Source: an uncultured delta proteobacterium (GTDB lineage Bacteria; Myxococcota_A; Polyangia; Polyangiales; JAFGIB01). From it: a stretch of DNA of 64,000 nucleotides. The DNA lies in the NCBI GenBank assembly GCA_963778655.1, contig CAVZVA010000005.1, positions 128,001 through 192,000 on the forward strand. The letters run 5' to 3'. Below the pieces are notes generated by a model, which was given only the letters and a program-made list of their open reading frames with translations, searched no databases and was not told the DNA's origin. Made by a program: the position numbers and the translations under genes. Positions 17,426 through 27,601 of the stretch are shown here, piece after piece; positions within the stretch are counted from its first letter, which is position 1, and every line of letters starts with the position of its first letter.

Positions 17426-19557
17426 GGCGCGCTCCCGTCCGCGCGCGGTCGTTCCGCGCGGGGCGCGGCGGCTCCGCCTTGCAGCAGGCACAGGGCGTGT
17501 GCCTCGACCGTCACGCTCGGGCCGCTCGGCGGCCCGGCCGCGCGTGTGGGGTCGGCGCTGTCGAGCAGCAGGCGAAAGCCCGCGTGCTCGCCCGCCTCCG
17601 GCAGCCGGAAGGCGACCGGCTGGTCACCCGCGTTCAGCAGCAGCAGATGCCCGGGCCGCGCCGGATCGGGCCTGGCCGCGGCGTCGTGGCCGCACACCCA
17701 CATGCCCAGCGCCTTGCGCGCCGGATCGCGCCAGGCCTCGAGCTCGAGCTCCCGGCCGTCGGGGCCGATCCAGCTGACGTCCTTGCAGGCGGAGCCGGCG
17801 AGCGGCTGGCCGTCGAAATGCTGGCTGCGGCGCAACGCGGACAGCCCCCGGCGCAGGGCGAAGCACTGGCGGCAGTGCTCGAGCAACGCGCGCTCGCGGG
17901 GACCGAGCTCCCAGCGCAGGTAGCTGGTCTCGTTGTCTTGTCCATAGGCATTGTTGTTGCCCCTCTGGCTGTGCCCCAGCTCGTCGCCACCGAGCAGCAT
18001 CGGCGTGCCCAGCGAGAAGGCGAGCGTCGCCAGCATCCCGCGCGCGACCCGATCGCGCAGCGCGCGCACGTCCTCGCGATCGGTTTCGCCCTCGACGCCC
18101 CAGCTGCGGCTCAGGTTCTGCTCGGCGCCGTCTCGGCCCTGCCAGCCGTTCGCCAGGTTGTGGCGCCGTTCGTAGCTGGTCAGATCGCGCAGCGTGAAGC
18201 CGTCGTGGCAGCTCACGAAGTTGACGCTGGCCCACGCCGGCTTGCGCGCGAACAAGTCGGAGCTGCCGGCCAACCGCGTCGCCAGCTCTCCGAGCTGGCC
18301 GCCGTCGCCGCGCCAGAAGCGCCGCACGCCGTCGCGGTACAGGTCGTTCCACTCGCAGAAACCCGTGCCGAAGCGGCCACGCGTCTGCCCCCGCACGTCC
18401 CAGGGCTCCGCGATCAGCTTGACGCCGGAGAGCACCGGGTCCTGGAAGATCACCGCGAACAGCCCCTGGGTCACATCGGCGCCTTGCGGGTCGCGCACCA
18501 GCGCAGGCGCGAGGTCGAAGCGAAAGCCGTCGATATGCATCTGCTCGACCCAGTAGCGCAGGCTGTCGGCGACCAGGCGCAGCGTCTGCGGGTGGCGCAG
18601 GTGCAGCGTGTTTCCACAGCCAGTGTAATTGACGTAGCGGCTGCGATCTTCGGGCTGCAGCTGGTAGTACGCGTCGTTGCCCAGGCCGCGCAGGCACAGC
18701 GTGGCGCCGAGCTCGTCGGTCTCGCCGCTGTGGTTGTAGACGACGTCGAGGATCACCTCGATGCCGGCCGCGTGCAGCGTGCGCACCATGGTCTTGAATT
18801 CCGAGACCTGGTCCGCGGGTCCGGGGCCGCTGGCGAAGCGCGCGTCGGGGGCGAAGAAGCCGACGGTGTCGTAACCCCAGTAGTTGGAGAGCCCGCGCTC
18901 CACCAGGAAGCGCTCGGAAAAGGCGTGCTGCACCGGCAACAGCTCGACCGCGGTCACCCCGAGCGCGTGCAGGTGCGCGAGCACCGGCTCGCTGCACAGC
19001 CCCAGGAAGCGTCCGCGCAGCTCGGGCGCGAGCTGCGGGTGGGCGGCAGTCAGGCTCTTGACGTGGCACTCGTAGATCAGGCTCTCGGCCCAGGGCGTCC
19101 TGGGCGGGCGGTCGCCGCCCCAGTCGAAGCGTGGATCGACCACCACCGAGCGCGGCGCCACCTGCGCGCTGTCGCGCGCATCGGGGCGCGGCCCGTCCGG
19201 GTCGTTGGGGTCGTAGCCGTCGAGCAATGGGTGCCAGCGGGCGGGACGGTCGAGCGCGGTGGCATAGGGATCGAGCAGCAGCTTGCTCGGGTTGAAGCGG
19301 TGGCCCTCCGCGGGCGCGTAGGGCCCGTGCGCGCGGTACCCGTAGCGCTGGCCCGGCCCGGCCCGCGGCAAGTAGCCGTGCCACACCCCGCCGGTGCAGC
19401 ACGGCAGCGCGAGCCGTGCGCTTTCGGCGCCGGCGCCGGCCTCGAACAGGCACAGCTCGACGCTGGTTGCGTGCTCCGACCAGACGGCGAAGTTGGTCCC
19501 GCGGCCGTCCCAGCGGGCCCCCAGTGGAGCAGCGCTGCCCGGCAACATCTCGCTCAC
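17422..19557 (-). CDS. glgX: Glycogen debranching enzyme (GH13)
   Basis: NYWGY, DVVYNH, DGFRFDLA, IAEPWD, HDGFTL and GNNNAY motifs. GGAGG RBS before GTG at 19557. Confidence 0.95.
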   Translation of the reverse strand: MSEMLPGSAAPLGARWDGRGTNFAVWSEHATSVELCLFEAGAGAESARLALPCCTGGVWHGYLPRAGPGQRYGYRAHGPYAPAEGHRFNPSKLLLDPYATALDRPARWHPLLDGYDPNDPDGPRPDARDSAQVAPRSVVVDPRFDWGGDRPPRTPWAESLIYECHVKSLTAAHPQLAPELRGRFLGLCSEPVLAHLHALGVTAVELLPVQHAFSERFLVERGLSNYWGYDTVGFFAPDARFASGPGPADQVSEFKTMVRTLHAAGIEVILDVVYNHSGETDELGATLCLRGLGNDAYYQLQPEDRSRYVNYTGCGNTLHLRHPQTLRLVADSLRYWVEQMHIDGFRFDLAPALVRDPQGADVTQGLFAVIFQDPVLSGVKLIAEPWDVRGQTRGRFGTGFCEWNDLYRDGVRRFWRGDGGQLGELATRLAGSSDLFARKPAWASVNFVSCHDGFTLRDLTSYERRHNLANGWQGRDGAEQNLSRSWGVEGETDREDVRALRDRVARGMLATLAFSLGTPMLLGGDELGHSQRGNNNAYGQDNETSYLRWELGPRERALLEHCRQCFALRRGLSALRRSQHFDGQPLAGSACKDVSWIGPDGRELELEAWRDPARKALGMWVCGHDAAARPDPARPGHLLLLNAGDQPVAFRLPEAGEHAGFRLLLDSADPTRAAGPPSGPSVTVEAHALCLLQGGAAAPRAERPRADGSAP

Positions 19558-19706
19558 GGCCGTGTCCTCCGCGTAGTCCCGGCCCAGGGCCAAGAGCCAG
19601 CTCCGCCGCACGCAATGCCTGCGCGTCCATCGCTGCGCCGTCGCACGACTTCCGATCTTGTGTCTAACTTCGCTACTCTACACGAAGAGCCCGACTGGAG
19701 TCGAAC

Positions 19707-21821
19707 GTGCCCGACTTGCGTGCCCGCCTGTACCGCCTCTCCCAGAATCTGCGCTGGAGCTGGAACGACGAGCTGCGGGGGATCTTCCGCGCGATCGACG
19801 CCGACTTGTGGCGCGAGGTCAACCACAACCCGATCGAGTTTCTCAAGCGTGTCGAGCCGCGCACGCTGGAGCACAAGGGCGGCGACGCGAGCGTGTTGGC
19901 GCAGACCATCCGTGCCGAAAAGCACCTGCAGGACTATCTCTCGAGCGACAAGCACTGGACAAGCTGGAACGCGCCGGGCCTGATGTCGGGGCCGGTCGCT
20001 TATTTTAGCTTCGAGTTCTGCATTCACGAGTCGCTGCCGATCTATTCGGGCGGTCTCGGCGTGCTGGCCGGGGACCACCTCAAGGCCTGTTCCGATCTCG
20101 GCGTGCCCACCTACGGCGTGACCTTGCTATATCGCCAGGGCTACTTCCACCAGCAGATCGACAGCGAGGGGCGGCAGACCGAGATCTACAACGAGCTCGA
20201 CGCCTCGACCGTGCCGATCGAGCCGGTGCGCGGTGCCGGCGGCCGCGTGCTCACGGTCGCGATTCCCGTGGGCGACGAGTCGCTGACCGCCGAGATCTGG
20301 CACGCCCAGGTGGGCCGCTGCGAGCTGGTGCTGCTGGACCTGTGCGAGCGCCAGGATCACCCCGGCGCCGCCCGCGTGTTCCGCCTGTACGGCGGCGACA
20401 AGGCGACCCGCATCGTGCAGGAGCTGGCGCTCGGCGTCGGCGGCTACCGCGCCCTGCGCAAGCTCGGCGTGCGCCCTGGCGTGCTGCATCTCAACGAAGG
20501 CCACTGCGCCTTCGCCACGCTCGAGGCGATCGCGGAGCGGATGGAGCGCAGCGGTTTCGGCTTCCGCGAGTGCGCCGACGACGTCGCCGAGCAGACCGTG
20601 TTCACGACCCACACGCCGGTGGCGGCGGGACACGACTTCTTCGAGCCTGCGCTGGCGCTGCACTACCTGCGCCCGCTGCAGCAGCGGCTGGGGCTCTCGG
20701 ACCACGACCTGCTGGCGCTGGGCCGCGTCAGCCCAGACAACCCGGCCGAGGAGTTCTGCATGACCACGCTGGCGCTCAAGCTCTCGCGTCGCACCAACGC
20801 GGTGAGCTCGCTGCACGGCATCACCTCGCGCCACATGTGGCGTACGCTGTGGCCGGACCGCCGCTCCTCCGACGTACCGATCGGGCACATCACCAACGGC
20901 GTGCATGTCGACACCTGGCTGGCCGACGAGCTGGCCGAGATTTACTCCGACTGCCTCGGCGCCGACTGGCGCAACCGGCTGTGCGATCCGCACCGCTGGC
21001 GCAAGATCGAGGAGCTCGATGAGTTTCAACTGTGGAGCACCAAGATCGTGCTCAAGGAGCGCCTGCTCGACTTCGTCGACCGCCGCCTGGCCGCGCAGCG
21101 CGTGCGTCTTTCCGACCCGCTGCCGATTGCCATGCTGCGGCCCGAGGTGCTGACGATCGGCTTCGCGCGGCGATTCGCCCTGTACAAGCGAGCCTATCTG
21201 CTGTTCGAGGATCTCGAGCGTGCCAAGCGCTTTCTCACAGACCCAGAGCGACCGGTACAGGTCATCTTCGCCGGTAAGGCTCACCCCGCCGACGAGCCGG
21301 CCAAGGACGTGCTGCGCAGGCTGACCGAGCTCAGCCGCATGCCGGAGCTGCGCAACCATGTGGTGCTGCTCGAGGATCACGACAAGAACCTGGGCCTGCA
21401 CATGCTCGAGGGCTGCGACTTGTGGCTCAACGCACCGCGCCGCCCGCTCGAGGCCTGCGGCACCAGCGGCATGAAGGCGGTGTTCAACGCCGCGCTCAAT
21501 TGCTCGACCCTGGATGGCTGGTGGGACGAGGCTTACGACACCTCCAACGGCTTCGCCTATGGCGATGCCATGGTCCTCGCCAACCCCAGGGCCCAGGACG
21601 AGCACGACGCCCGCTCGCTGCTCGAGACCCTGGAGCAAAAGGTGGTGCCTCTGTACTACGAGCGCAACGGACAGCACATTCCGATTCGCTGGTTGCGGAT
21701 GATCAAGCACGCGCTCAAGACCCTGGCCTGGCGCTACAACGCCGACCGGATGGTCATGGACTACACCCGGCACATGTACGTGCCCGCCTCGCGCACGCAC
21801 ACCTCGTCCATCCGGGAGTAG
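19707..21821 (+). CDS. glgP: Alpha-glucan phosphorylase (GT35)
   Basis: YSGGLGVLAGDH, HLNEGH, FTTHTPV, ITNGVH and EACGTSGMK (PLP lysine). Confidence 0.95.
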   Translation: MPDLRARLYRLSQNLRWSWNDELRGIFRAIDADLWREVNHNPIEFLKRVEPRTLEHKGGDASVLAQTIRAEKHLQDYLSSDKHWTSWNAPGLMSGPVAYFSFEFCIHESLPIYSGGLGVLAGDHLKACSDLGVPTYGVTLLYRQGYFHQQIDSEGRQTEIYNELDASTVPIEPVRGAGGRVLTVAIPVGDESLTAEIWHAQVGRCELVLLDLCERQDHPGAARVFRLYGGDKATRIVQELALGVGGYRALRKLGVRPGVLHLNEGHCAFATLEAIAERMERSGFGFRECADDVAEQTVFTTHTPVAAGHDFFEPALALHYLRPLQQRLGLSDHDLLALGRVSPDNPAEEFCMTTLALKLSRRTNAVSSLHGITSRHMWRTLWPDRRSSDVPIGHITNGVHVDTWLADELAEIYSDCLGADWRNRLCDPHRWRKIEELDEFQLWSTKIVLKERLLDFVDRRLAAQRVRLSDPLPIAMLRPEVLTIGFARRFALYKRAYLLFEDLERAKRFLTDPERPVQVIFAGKAHPADEPAKDVLRRLTELSRMPELRNHVVLLEDHDKNLGLHMLEGCDLWLNAPRRPLEACGTSGMKAVFNAALNCSTLDGWWDEAYDTSNGFAYGDAMVLANPRAQDEHDARSLLETLEQKVVPLYYERNGQHIPIRWLRMIKHALKTLAWRYNADRMVMDYTRHMYVPASRTHTSSIRE

Positions 21822-22036
21822 CCGGGGCGGCTAGAGCCGGCCGGGAATGGGCGGTGGGGCGCCCGCCTGCGGCCGGAACAAGGCGTGCCCCCCGGCCGTT
21901 TCTTGGGCGCGCGATGCCGATTCACCCCGATGTCTCGTGCAGCTAGATCCACGGCGATTATGTACCGAGCCGCAACGCTACCGAAACCATCTCCTGCTAC
22001 GCTGGCGGCAAGTGTTGAGGGCAGAGGACGAGCCAC

Positions 22037-23470
22037 ATGAGAACCCATCCGAGCGCGCCCCGGCTAGCCGTCAAGTCGGAACCCGCCGTGTTGAATTCGG
22101 CGGAATCTGAAATGAGAGTGGGCCCGGGCGGCCGCGAGGTGCCGATCCACTATGGCGAAGCCAGCGACGGCAGCGAGCACCGCCACGACTTGCCGGCCTT
22201 GGGCATCCCCGAGGGGGTGCAGTTTCATGTGCTCTCGTTCGAGGGTCCCGATCCGTATGCGCGCATCGGCGGGCTCGAGACCCGGGTCGCCGGCATCTGC
22301 CAGGCTCTGGTCTGCGCGGGTCACGAGGTGCACCTGTGGTTCGTCGGCGACCCCGACCAGCCCGGCTACGAGCTTCGCGGCGGGCTTCACATGCACCGCT
22401 GGTGCCAGTGGCTGAGCCGGCACCACCCGATCGGCGTCTATGACGGCCAGGCCTCCAAGGTGCCGGACTATGCGGCTTCGCTCCCGCCCTACGTGCTCGG
22501 GCACGGCCTGCGCGACCATCTGCGCGGTGGCGGGCTGGGCGTGGTGCTGGCCGAAGAGTGGCAGACCGCCGATGCCGTGCTGCACCTCGATCACCTGCTG
22601 CGCATGTCCGGGCTGCGCGACCGCGTGCGGATGCTGTGGAACGCCAACAACGTGTTCGGGTTCGAGCACATCGACTGGCCGCGCCTGCGCCAGGCGGCCG
22701 TGGTCACCACGGTCAGCCGTTACATGAAGCAGGTCATGCGGGCCGAGCGGGTCGAGAGCGTCGCCATCCCCAATGGCCTCGCCCCCGACGCGTATCTGCC
22801 GCCTGATCGCTCGGCGGTGGCTCAGCTTCGCCGCAGCTTCGAAGGCCGGATCGCCATCACCAAGATGGCGCGCTGGGATCCCGACAAGCGTTGGCTGGCT
22901 TCGGTCCAGATCGTCGCCGAGCTGCGCCAGCTGGGCATGAAGCCTCTGTTCATCGCGCGTGGCGGCCGCGAGGCCCACGGGGCCGAGGTGCTGAACGCGA
23001 TGCGCAACGCTGGCTTGCGCATCGTGGACCGCGGCTACTCCAGCGGGTGCCCGCGCGGGCTGGTGCGGGCGCTGTCGCACGCCCAGGACGCCGACGTGAT
23101 CAACCTGGTCACCCACGTTGATCCCGACAGCCGGCGGGCGCTCTTCCGCGCCGCCGACGTCGTGCTCGCGAACAGCGAGCACGAGCCGTTCGGGCTGGTC
23201 GGGCTCGAAGCGATGGCCGCCGGCGGAGTCGCCTGCATAGGCTGCTCGGGTGAGGACTACGCGATGTCGGGCCGCAACGCGCTGGTGCTGCAGACCGCCG
23301 AGCCCTCCGAGTTCATCGAGCTCTACCGCCAAGTGCAGGCGGACTCGGCCTACGAAGGCGCGCTGCGCCGCGCGGGCCGCTCGATGGCCAGGTACTTCTC
23401 CTGGCCCGAGGTCATCCGCACCAACCTGGTGCCGCGCTTGTTGCTGCCGCTGCCGGCCGCCGCGTTCTAA
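22037..23470 (+). CDS. GT4 family glycosyltransferase
   Basis: SFEGPD..GGL, IPNG and EPFGLVGLEAMAAG. Start may be 22112. Confidence 0.85.
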   Translation: MRTHPSAPRLAVKSEPAVLNSAESEMRVGPGGREVPIHYGEASDGSEHRHDLPALGIPEGVQFHVLSFEGPDPYARIGGLETRVAGICQALVCAGHEVHLWFVGDPDQPGYELRGGLHMHRWCQWLSRHHPIGVYDGQASKVPDYAASLPPYVLGHGLRDHLRGGGLGVVLAEEWQTADAVLHLDHLLRMSGLRDRVRMLWNANNVFGFEHIDWPRLRQAAVVTTVSRYMKQVMRAERVESVAIPNGLAPDAYLPPDRSAVAQLRRSFEGRIAITKMARWDPDKRWLASVQIVAELRQLGMKPLFIARGGREAHGAEVLNAMRNAGLRIVDRGYSSGCPRGLVRALSHAQDADVINLVTHVDPDSRRALFRAADVVLANSEHEPFGLVGLEAMAAGGVACIGCSGEDYAMSGRNALVLQTAEPSEFIELYRQVQADSAYEGALRRAGRSMARYFSWPEVIRTNLVPRLLLPLPAAAF

Positions 23471-23658
23471 ATCAGAGCTCGCGATTCGGGATCGAAGCAC
23501 AAACTCCGATTTCTGCTTTGATTGTCAGGGAGTCGCGCCGACTCCCTGTGCGCGAGGCAAAGCCTCGCGCATTCACCCTCTCGCGGTGGTGCGGCATCCG
23601 CCGCACCGCTCAATGACCGATCGGCATGGCCGTTCCCGAATCGTGATCGGTCATTTAG
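23467..23658. mobile_element. MITE-like palindromic element (192 bp, ~25 bp imperfect terminal inverted repeats, three internal hairpins)
   Basis: Both ends read CTAAAT-N6-TCRCGATTCGGGA inward. Internal stems at 23526-23548, 23549-23571 and 23588-23607. Confidence 0.6.
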
Positions 23659-24527
23659 CGTCCGAAGCGGCGCTGGCGTTCGTCGAAGGAGCGCAGCGCG
23701 CGCAGGAAGTCGATCTTGCGGAAGGCGGGCCAGTTGGTATCGCAGAAGTAGTATTCGGAATAGGCGCTCTGCCACATCAGAAAGCCGCTCATACGCACCT
23801 CGCCGCTGGTGCGGATGATCAGGTCGGGCTCGGGCAGGCCAGAGGTGTAGAGGAAGCGCTCGACCGCCTTGTGGCTGAAGGACTCGAGCGTCTGGCGCAG
23901 ATCCTTGCCGGTGCTGAGCTGCTGCCCGAGGTAGTCGCGGAAGGCGTCGGTGAGCTCCTCCCGTCCGCCGTACGCGAGCGCGATGTTGAGCACGAACCGG
24001 TTGTAGCCCGCGGTGGCGCGCTCGACCGCGGCGGTGGCTTCCTGCAGGCTCGCGGGCAGCAGATCGCGGCGCCCGATGAAGCGCACGCGCACCTGGTTGT
24101 CGTGCAGGTCCGGGCTATCGATCATCTCGCGCGTCTTGATCTCGAACAGCTCGAGCAGGCCGCGCACCTCTTCCGAATCGCGGTTGAAGTTGTCGAGCGA
24201 AAAGCCCCAGACGGTCACCACCGGAATCCGGTGCTCGAAGCACCAGTCGAGCATCTCGCGCAGCTTGTCGGCGCCCAGCTTGTGGCCGAGCGCGACATCG
24301 CGCGCCCCCAGCAAGCGGGCGAAGCGGCGGTTGCCGTCCATGATGATGCCGATGTGCTGCGGCACGCGAAAGCTCAGCGCCTGCGCGTTGAGCCAACGCT
24401 CGTAGAAGCGGTAGAAGGGCGTGCTGACCACGTCGAGCGCGGCGCGCAGCAGCAGCGCGAGCGGGCTCGCGCCCTGGGCCTTCCAGACTTCGATCGCGAG
24501 GCGGGTTCTGCTTCCTTCTGTAGCCAT
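23655..24527 (-). CDS. cis-prenyltransferase (UppS family, possibly short-chain Z-isoprenyl diphosphate synthase type)
   Basis: PQHIGIIMDGNRR, FSLDNFNR, AYGGREE and PDLIIRTSGEVRMSGF motifs. Confidence 0.92.
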   Translation of the reverse strand: MATEGSRTRLAIEVWKAQGASPLALLLRAALDVVSTPFYRFYERWLNAQALSFRVPQHIGIIMDGNRRFARLLGARDVALGHKLGADKLREMLDWCFEHRIPVVTVWGFSLDNFNRDSEEVRGLLELFEIKTREMIDSPDLHDNQVRVRFIGRRDLLPASLQEATAAVERATAGYNRFVLNIALAYGGREELTDAFRDYLGQQLSTGKDLRQTLESFSHKAVERFLYTSGLPEPDLIIRTSGEVRMSGFLMWQSAYSEYYFCDTNWPAFRKIDFLRALRSFDERQRRFGR

Positions 24528-24799
24528 CTAAGTCAAGCCCGTCAGTAACAAGCGCGGACCCCGGCAGATTCCTCGCGCGGGGTTAGAGCTGTCCAGTTTA
24601 TGCCACGGCCAGGTGACGTATGTGAGACGCAGAACAGCGGACCAATTTTTTTCCGCCGGGCGAGACCGAGCACGAGGGTAGGGCCCCACATGTGGGACGG
24701 CACGACGGACCGGGACCGCGCATCCATACCGCGGGCGGGCGCCTTAGGCCAGCAAATCCGTGCGCTCAGCGCCCAGCCCGGTGCTCTCGGCCTTCCGCG

Positions 24800-24829
24800 T
24801 TGACGGGCGGCCGGCGCTTCGGCTATCCC
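24800..24829 (+). promoter_or_regulatory. Possible sigma-70 promoter for purH-purD-tsaC
   Basis: TTGACG-N18-TATCCC about 50 nt before the ATG at 24881. The -10 box is imperfect. Confidence 0.3.
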
Positions 24830-24880
24830 GCGGGTGCGCGCCGGGCGCACGGCTCCGCGCGCGGCTCCCGGAGGTCGGTG

Positions 24881-25468
24881 ATGGCACGCGTCGAACGCGC
24901 ATTGGTCTCGGTGTCCGACAAGCGGGGCGTGGTCGAGTTGTGTCGCGCGCTCGCCGGGCTGGGCGTCACCATCCTGTCGACCGGCGGCACCGCCCGCGCG
25001 CTGCGCGAGGCCGGGGTGGCGGTCACGGACGTGTCGGAGTACACGGGCTCGCCCGAGGTGATGGACGGCCGCGTCAAGACGCTGCACCCGAGGGTGCACG
25101 GCGGCATCCTGATGCGCGAGCTGCAGAAGGACCGGCAGGATCTCGCGCGCATCGGCGGCGAGCCGATCGACCTGGTCGTGTGCAACCTGTACCCGTTCGA
25201 GGCGACGGTGGCGCGCGGCGCGGCCTACGACGAGGCGATCGAGAACATCGACATCGGAGGACCGTGCATGATCCGCGCGGCGGCCAAGAACCACGCGCGC
25301 GTGGGCGTGGTCGTCGACCCCGACGACTACGGCCGCGTGGCCGAAGCCAGCGCGGCCGGCTTGCCTGACGCGCTGCGCGCAGAGCTGGCGACCAAGGCGT
25401 TTGCGCACACCGCCGCCTACGATGCGGCGATCGCCGCCTACCTGCGTTCGCACGGGGCAGCCCGGTGA
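24881..25468 (+). CDS. purH: PurH IMP cyclohydrolase domain only (no AICAR transformylase domain)
   Basis: [43 protein letters not shown] and [17 protein letters not shown], then a stop after 195 aa. GGAGG RBS. Confidence 0.88.
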   Translation: MARVERALVSVSDKRGVVELCRALAGLGVTILSTGGTARALREAGVAVTDVSEYTGSPEVMDGRVKTLHPRVHGGILMRELQKDRQDLARIGGEPIDLVVCNLYPFEATVARGAAYDEAIENIDIGGPCMIRAAAKNHARVGVVVDPDDYGRVAEASAAGLPDALRAELATKAFAHTAAYDAAIAAYLRSHGAAR

Positions 25469-26736
25469 AGCTGATGGTGGTCGGCGGCGGCGCGCGCGAG
25501 CACGCGCTCGCCGCCAAGCTGCGCCTGTCTGCGCGCGTGCGCGAGCTGCTGTGCGTGCCGGGCAACGGCGGCACCGCCGCGATCGCCGAGAACGTGGCGC
25601 TCGACCCCGAGGACGTGCCGGCGGTGGTGGCGCTGGCAGTCGCCCGCCAGGTCGATTTCGTGGTGGTGGGTCCCGAGGGTCCGCTGGTCGCTGGGCTGGT
25701 GGACGCCCTCGCCGAGGCGGGCATCGAGGCGTTCGGACCGCGCAAGGCGGCCGCGCAGCTCGAGGGCAGCAAGGCGTTCAGCAAGCGCTTCATGCAGCGC
25801 CACGGCGTGCCCACCGCTGAGGCCGCGATCTTCGAGCAGCGCGAGGCGGCGCTCGCGCACGCGCGCGCGGCGGACCGGCCGCTGGTGGTCAAGGCCGACG
25901 GCCTGGCCGCGGGCAAGGGTGTGTTCGTGGCCGAGAGCGTGGACGAGACGCTCGAGGCGATCGAGCGGCTGATGGGGCGGCGCGAGCTGGGCGCGGCGGG
26001 CGCGTGCGTGCTGCTGGAGCAGCCGCTGGCCGGCGAGGAGGTCAGCTACCACGTGCTGATCGACGGCGAGCGCTTCGTCGCGCTGGCCGCGGCCCAGGAC
26101 CACAAGCGCCTGCTCGATGGCGACCACGGTCCCAACACCGGCGGCATGGGGGCCTACTCGCCGCCGCCCGTGGTCAGCGCCGAGGTCGAGGCCAAGATCA
26201 TCGAGCGCGTGGTGCGCCCGACCCTGGCCGGGTTGCGCGCCGACGGGCTCGACTACCGCGGCGCGCTGTTCATCGGGCTGATGATCTGCGACGGCGAGCC
26301 GTTCGTGATCGAGTACAACGCGCGCTTTGGGGATCCCGAGGCCGAGGTGGTGCTGGCACGCCTGCAGGGCGATCTGCTGCCGCTGCTGCTCGCCGCGGCG
26401 CGCGGCGACCTGCGCGAGGTGGCGTTGCAGTGGGAGGCGCCCGCCGCGCTGTGCGTGGTGGTGGCCTCGGGCGGCTACCCAGGCGCGTACGCCAAGGGGC
26501 TGCCGATCGGCGGGCTCACGGCGGCCGCGCGCGTCGAGGGGGTCGAGGTGCTGCACGCCGGGACGCGCCGCCAAGGCGACACGGTGGTGACGGCCGGCGG
26601 CCGCGTGCTCGCGGTCACCGCGCGCGGCGCCGACTTGGAGAGCGTCGCCCAGCGCGCGTACCAGGCGGTCGCGTGCATCGAGTTCGAGGGCATGCAGTAC
26701 CGGCGCGATATCGGTTGGCGCGCGCGCCGTGGATGA
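25465..26736 (+). CDS. purD: Phosphoribosylamine-glycine ligase
   Basis: [43 protein letters not shown] and [10 protein letters not shown] motifs. Confidence 0.97.
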   Translation: MKLMVVGGGAREHALAAKLRLSARVRELLCVPGNGGTAAIAENVALDPEDVPAVVALAVARQVDFVVVGPEGPLVAGLVDALAEAGIEAFGPRKAAAQLEGSKAFSKRFMQRHGVPTAEAAIFEQREAALAHARAADRPLVVKADGLAAGKGVFVAESVDETLEAIERLMGRRELGAAGACVLLEQPLAGEEVSYHVLIDGERFVALAAAQDHKRLLDGDHGPNTGGMGAYSPPPVVSAEVEAKIIERVVRPTLAGLRADGLDYRGALFIGLMICDGEPFVIEYNARFGDPEAEVVLARLQGDLLPLLLAAARGDLREVALQWEAPAALCVVVASGGYPGAYAKGLPIGGLTAAARVEGVEVLHAGTRRQGDTVVTAGGRVLAVTARGADLESVAQRAYQAVACIEFEGMQYRRDIGWRARRG

Positions 26737-27304
26737 CGCCGGCGCGCGGCGTTACGTCGAGCTGCTGCGCGCGGGCGGCGTGCTCGCGTGTCCGACCGAG
26801 ACTCAGGTCGGGCTGCTCGCGGACGCCCTGAACCCTGCCGCGGTGCAGCGCGTCAGCGCCATGAAGCGCAGGCCTGCGGGCGAGCCGCTGCCGTTGATCG
26901 TGCCCTCGCTCGAGGTCGCGCTGCGGCTGGTGCACGACCTGCCCGCGGCCGCGGTCGAGCTCGCCGCGCGCTACTGGCCCGGGCCGCTCACGCTGGTGTT
27001 GGACGCGCAGCCGTGGCTGGCCGCGCCGCTGTTGAGGGACGGAAAAGTGGCGCTGCGCGTGCCCGGCGCGAGCCCGGCCCTGGCGCTGGTGAGCGCGTTC
27101 GGCGGGCCGCTCACCGCCACCAGCGCCAACCTCAGCGGCCAGCCGCCGCTGCAAGCCGAGGCCGAGCTGCGCGCCGCGTTCGGCGATGCGCTCGCCGCGA
27201 TCGTGCCGGGCCGGGCCCCTGGCGGGGCGCCATCGACGGTGCTCGACGTGACCTGCGATCCCCCGCGGGTGCTGCGCCGCGGCCCGATCGAGCCCGAGCT
27301 CTGA
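26729..27304 (+). CDS. tsaC: L-threonylcarbamoyladenylate synthase (TsaC/YrdC)
   Basis: CPTETQVGL, KRRP, WPGPLT, TSANLSG and PSTVLD motifs. Confidence 0.88.
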   Translation: MDDAGARRYVELLRAGGVLACPTETQVGLLADALNPAAVQRVSAMKRRPAGEPLPLIVPSLEVALRLVHDLPAAAVELAARYWPGPLTLVLDAQPWLAAPLLRDGKVALRVPGASPALALVSAFGGPLTATSANLSGQPPLQAEAELRAAFGDALAAIVPGRAPGGAPSTVLDVTCDPPRVLRRGPIEPEL

Positions 27305-27468
27305 CTCGGGTCTGGCCCTTTTCCGACGGCCCTCGCTTGTCCAGCGCTTTTCGAGCCGTCCCGTGCTCCTTAGGAAGGGGGACCTACCCTTTCTGCGTCG
27401 CACGAGACACCCCGAGAACCGCTGTCCTGCGCGACCATCCGCCGCAAAAGGGCGAGACCCAAGTCTGA
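27300..27468. repeat. About 169 bp imperfect end-to-end palindrome
   Basis: 27300-27329 matches the reverse complement of 27439-27468 at 25 of 30 positions. Symmetric inner stems continue to a short central loop. Confidence 0.75.
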
Positions 27469-27500
27469 AATTGCCGCGCCGCCGCGCACGGTTGCCCCGG

Positions 27501-27571
27501 ATTCAACAGGAAGACGGGAAGGCGGGAAGAAGGAAATGCAACTATACTTCCCGCCTTCCCGTCTTCGTGTG
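27501..27571. repeat. 9-nt-periodic palindromic intergenic repeat, copy 2
   Basis: attcaacaggaagacgggaaggcgggaag ... cttcccgccttcccgtcttcgtgtg. Confidence 0.85.
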
Positions 27572-27601
27572 GCTCTTCTCGGCGGGACGTGACCCGGAAC
27601 C

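Noticed and set aside
21822..22036. Possible structured RNA between glgP and the GT4 gene
   Set aside because: Only short GC-only stems (gcgccc/gggcgc, cggccgg/ccggccg), which are expected by chance at this GC content.
24530..24880. ZMP/ZTP riboswitch upstream of purH
   Set aside because: The conserved GACTGGCG...GTGG and CGCCTGGGC elements were not found.
24881..26736. Frameshifted PurH-PurD fusion
   Set aside because: purD has its own intact N-terminus ([13 protein letters not shown]) with an ordinary GTGA stop/start overlap.
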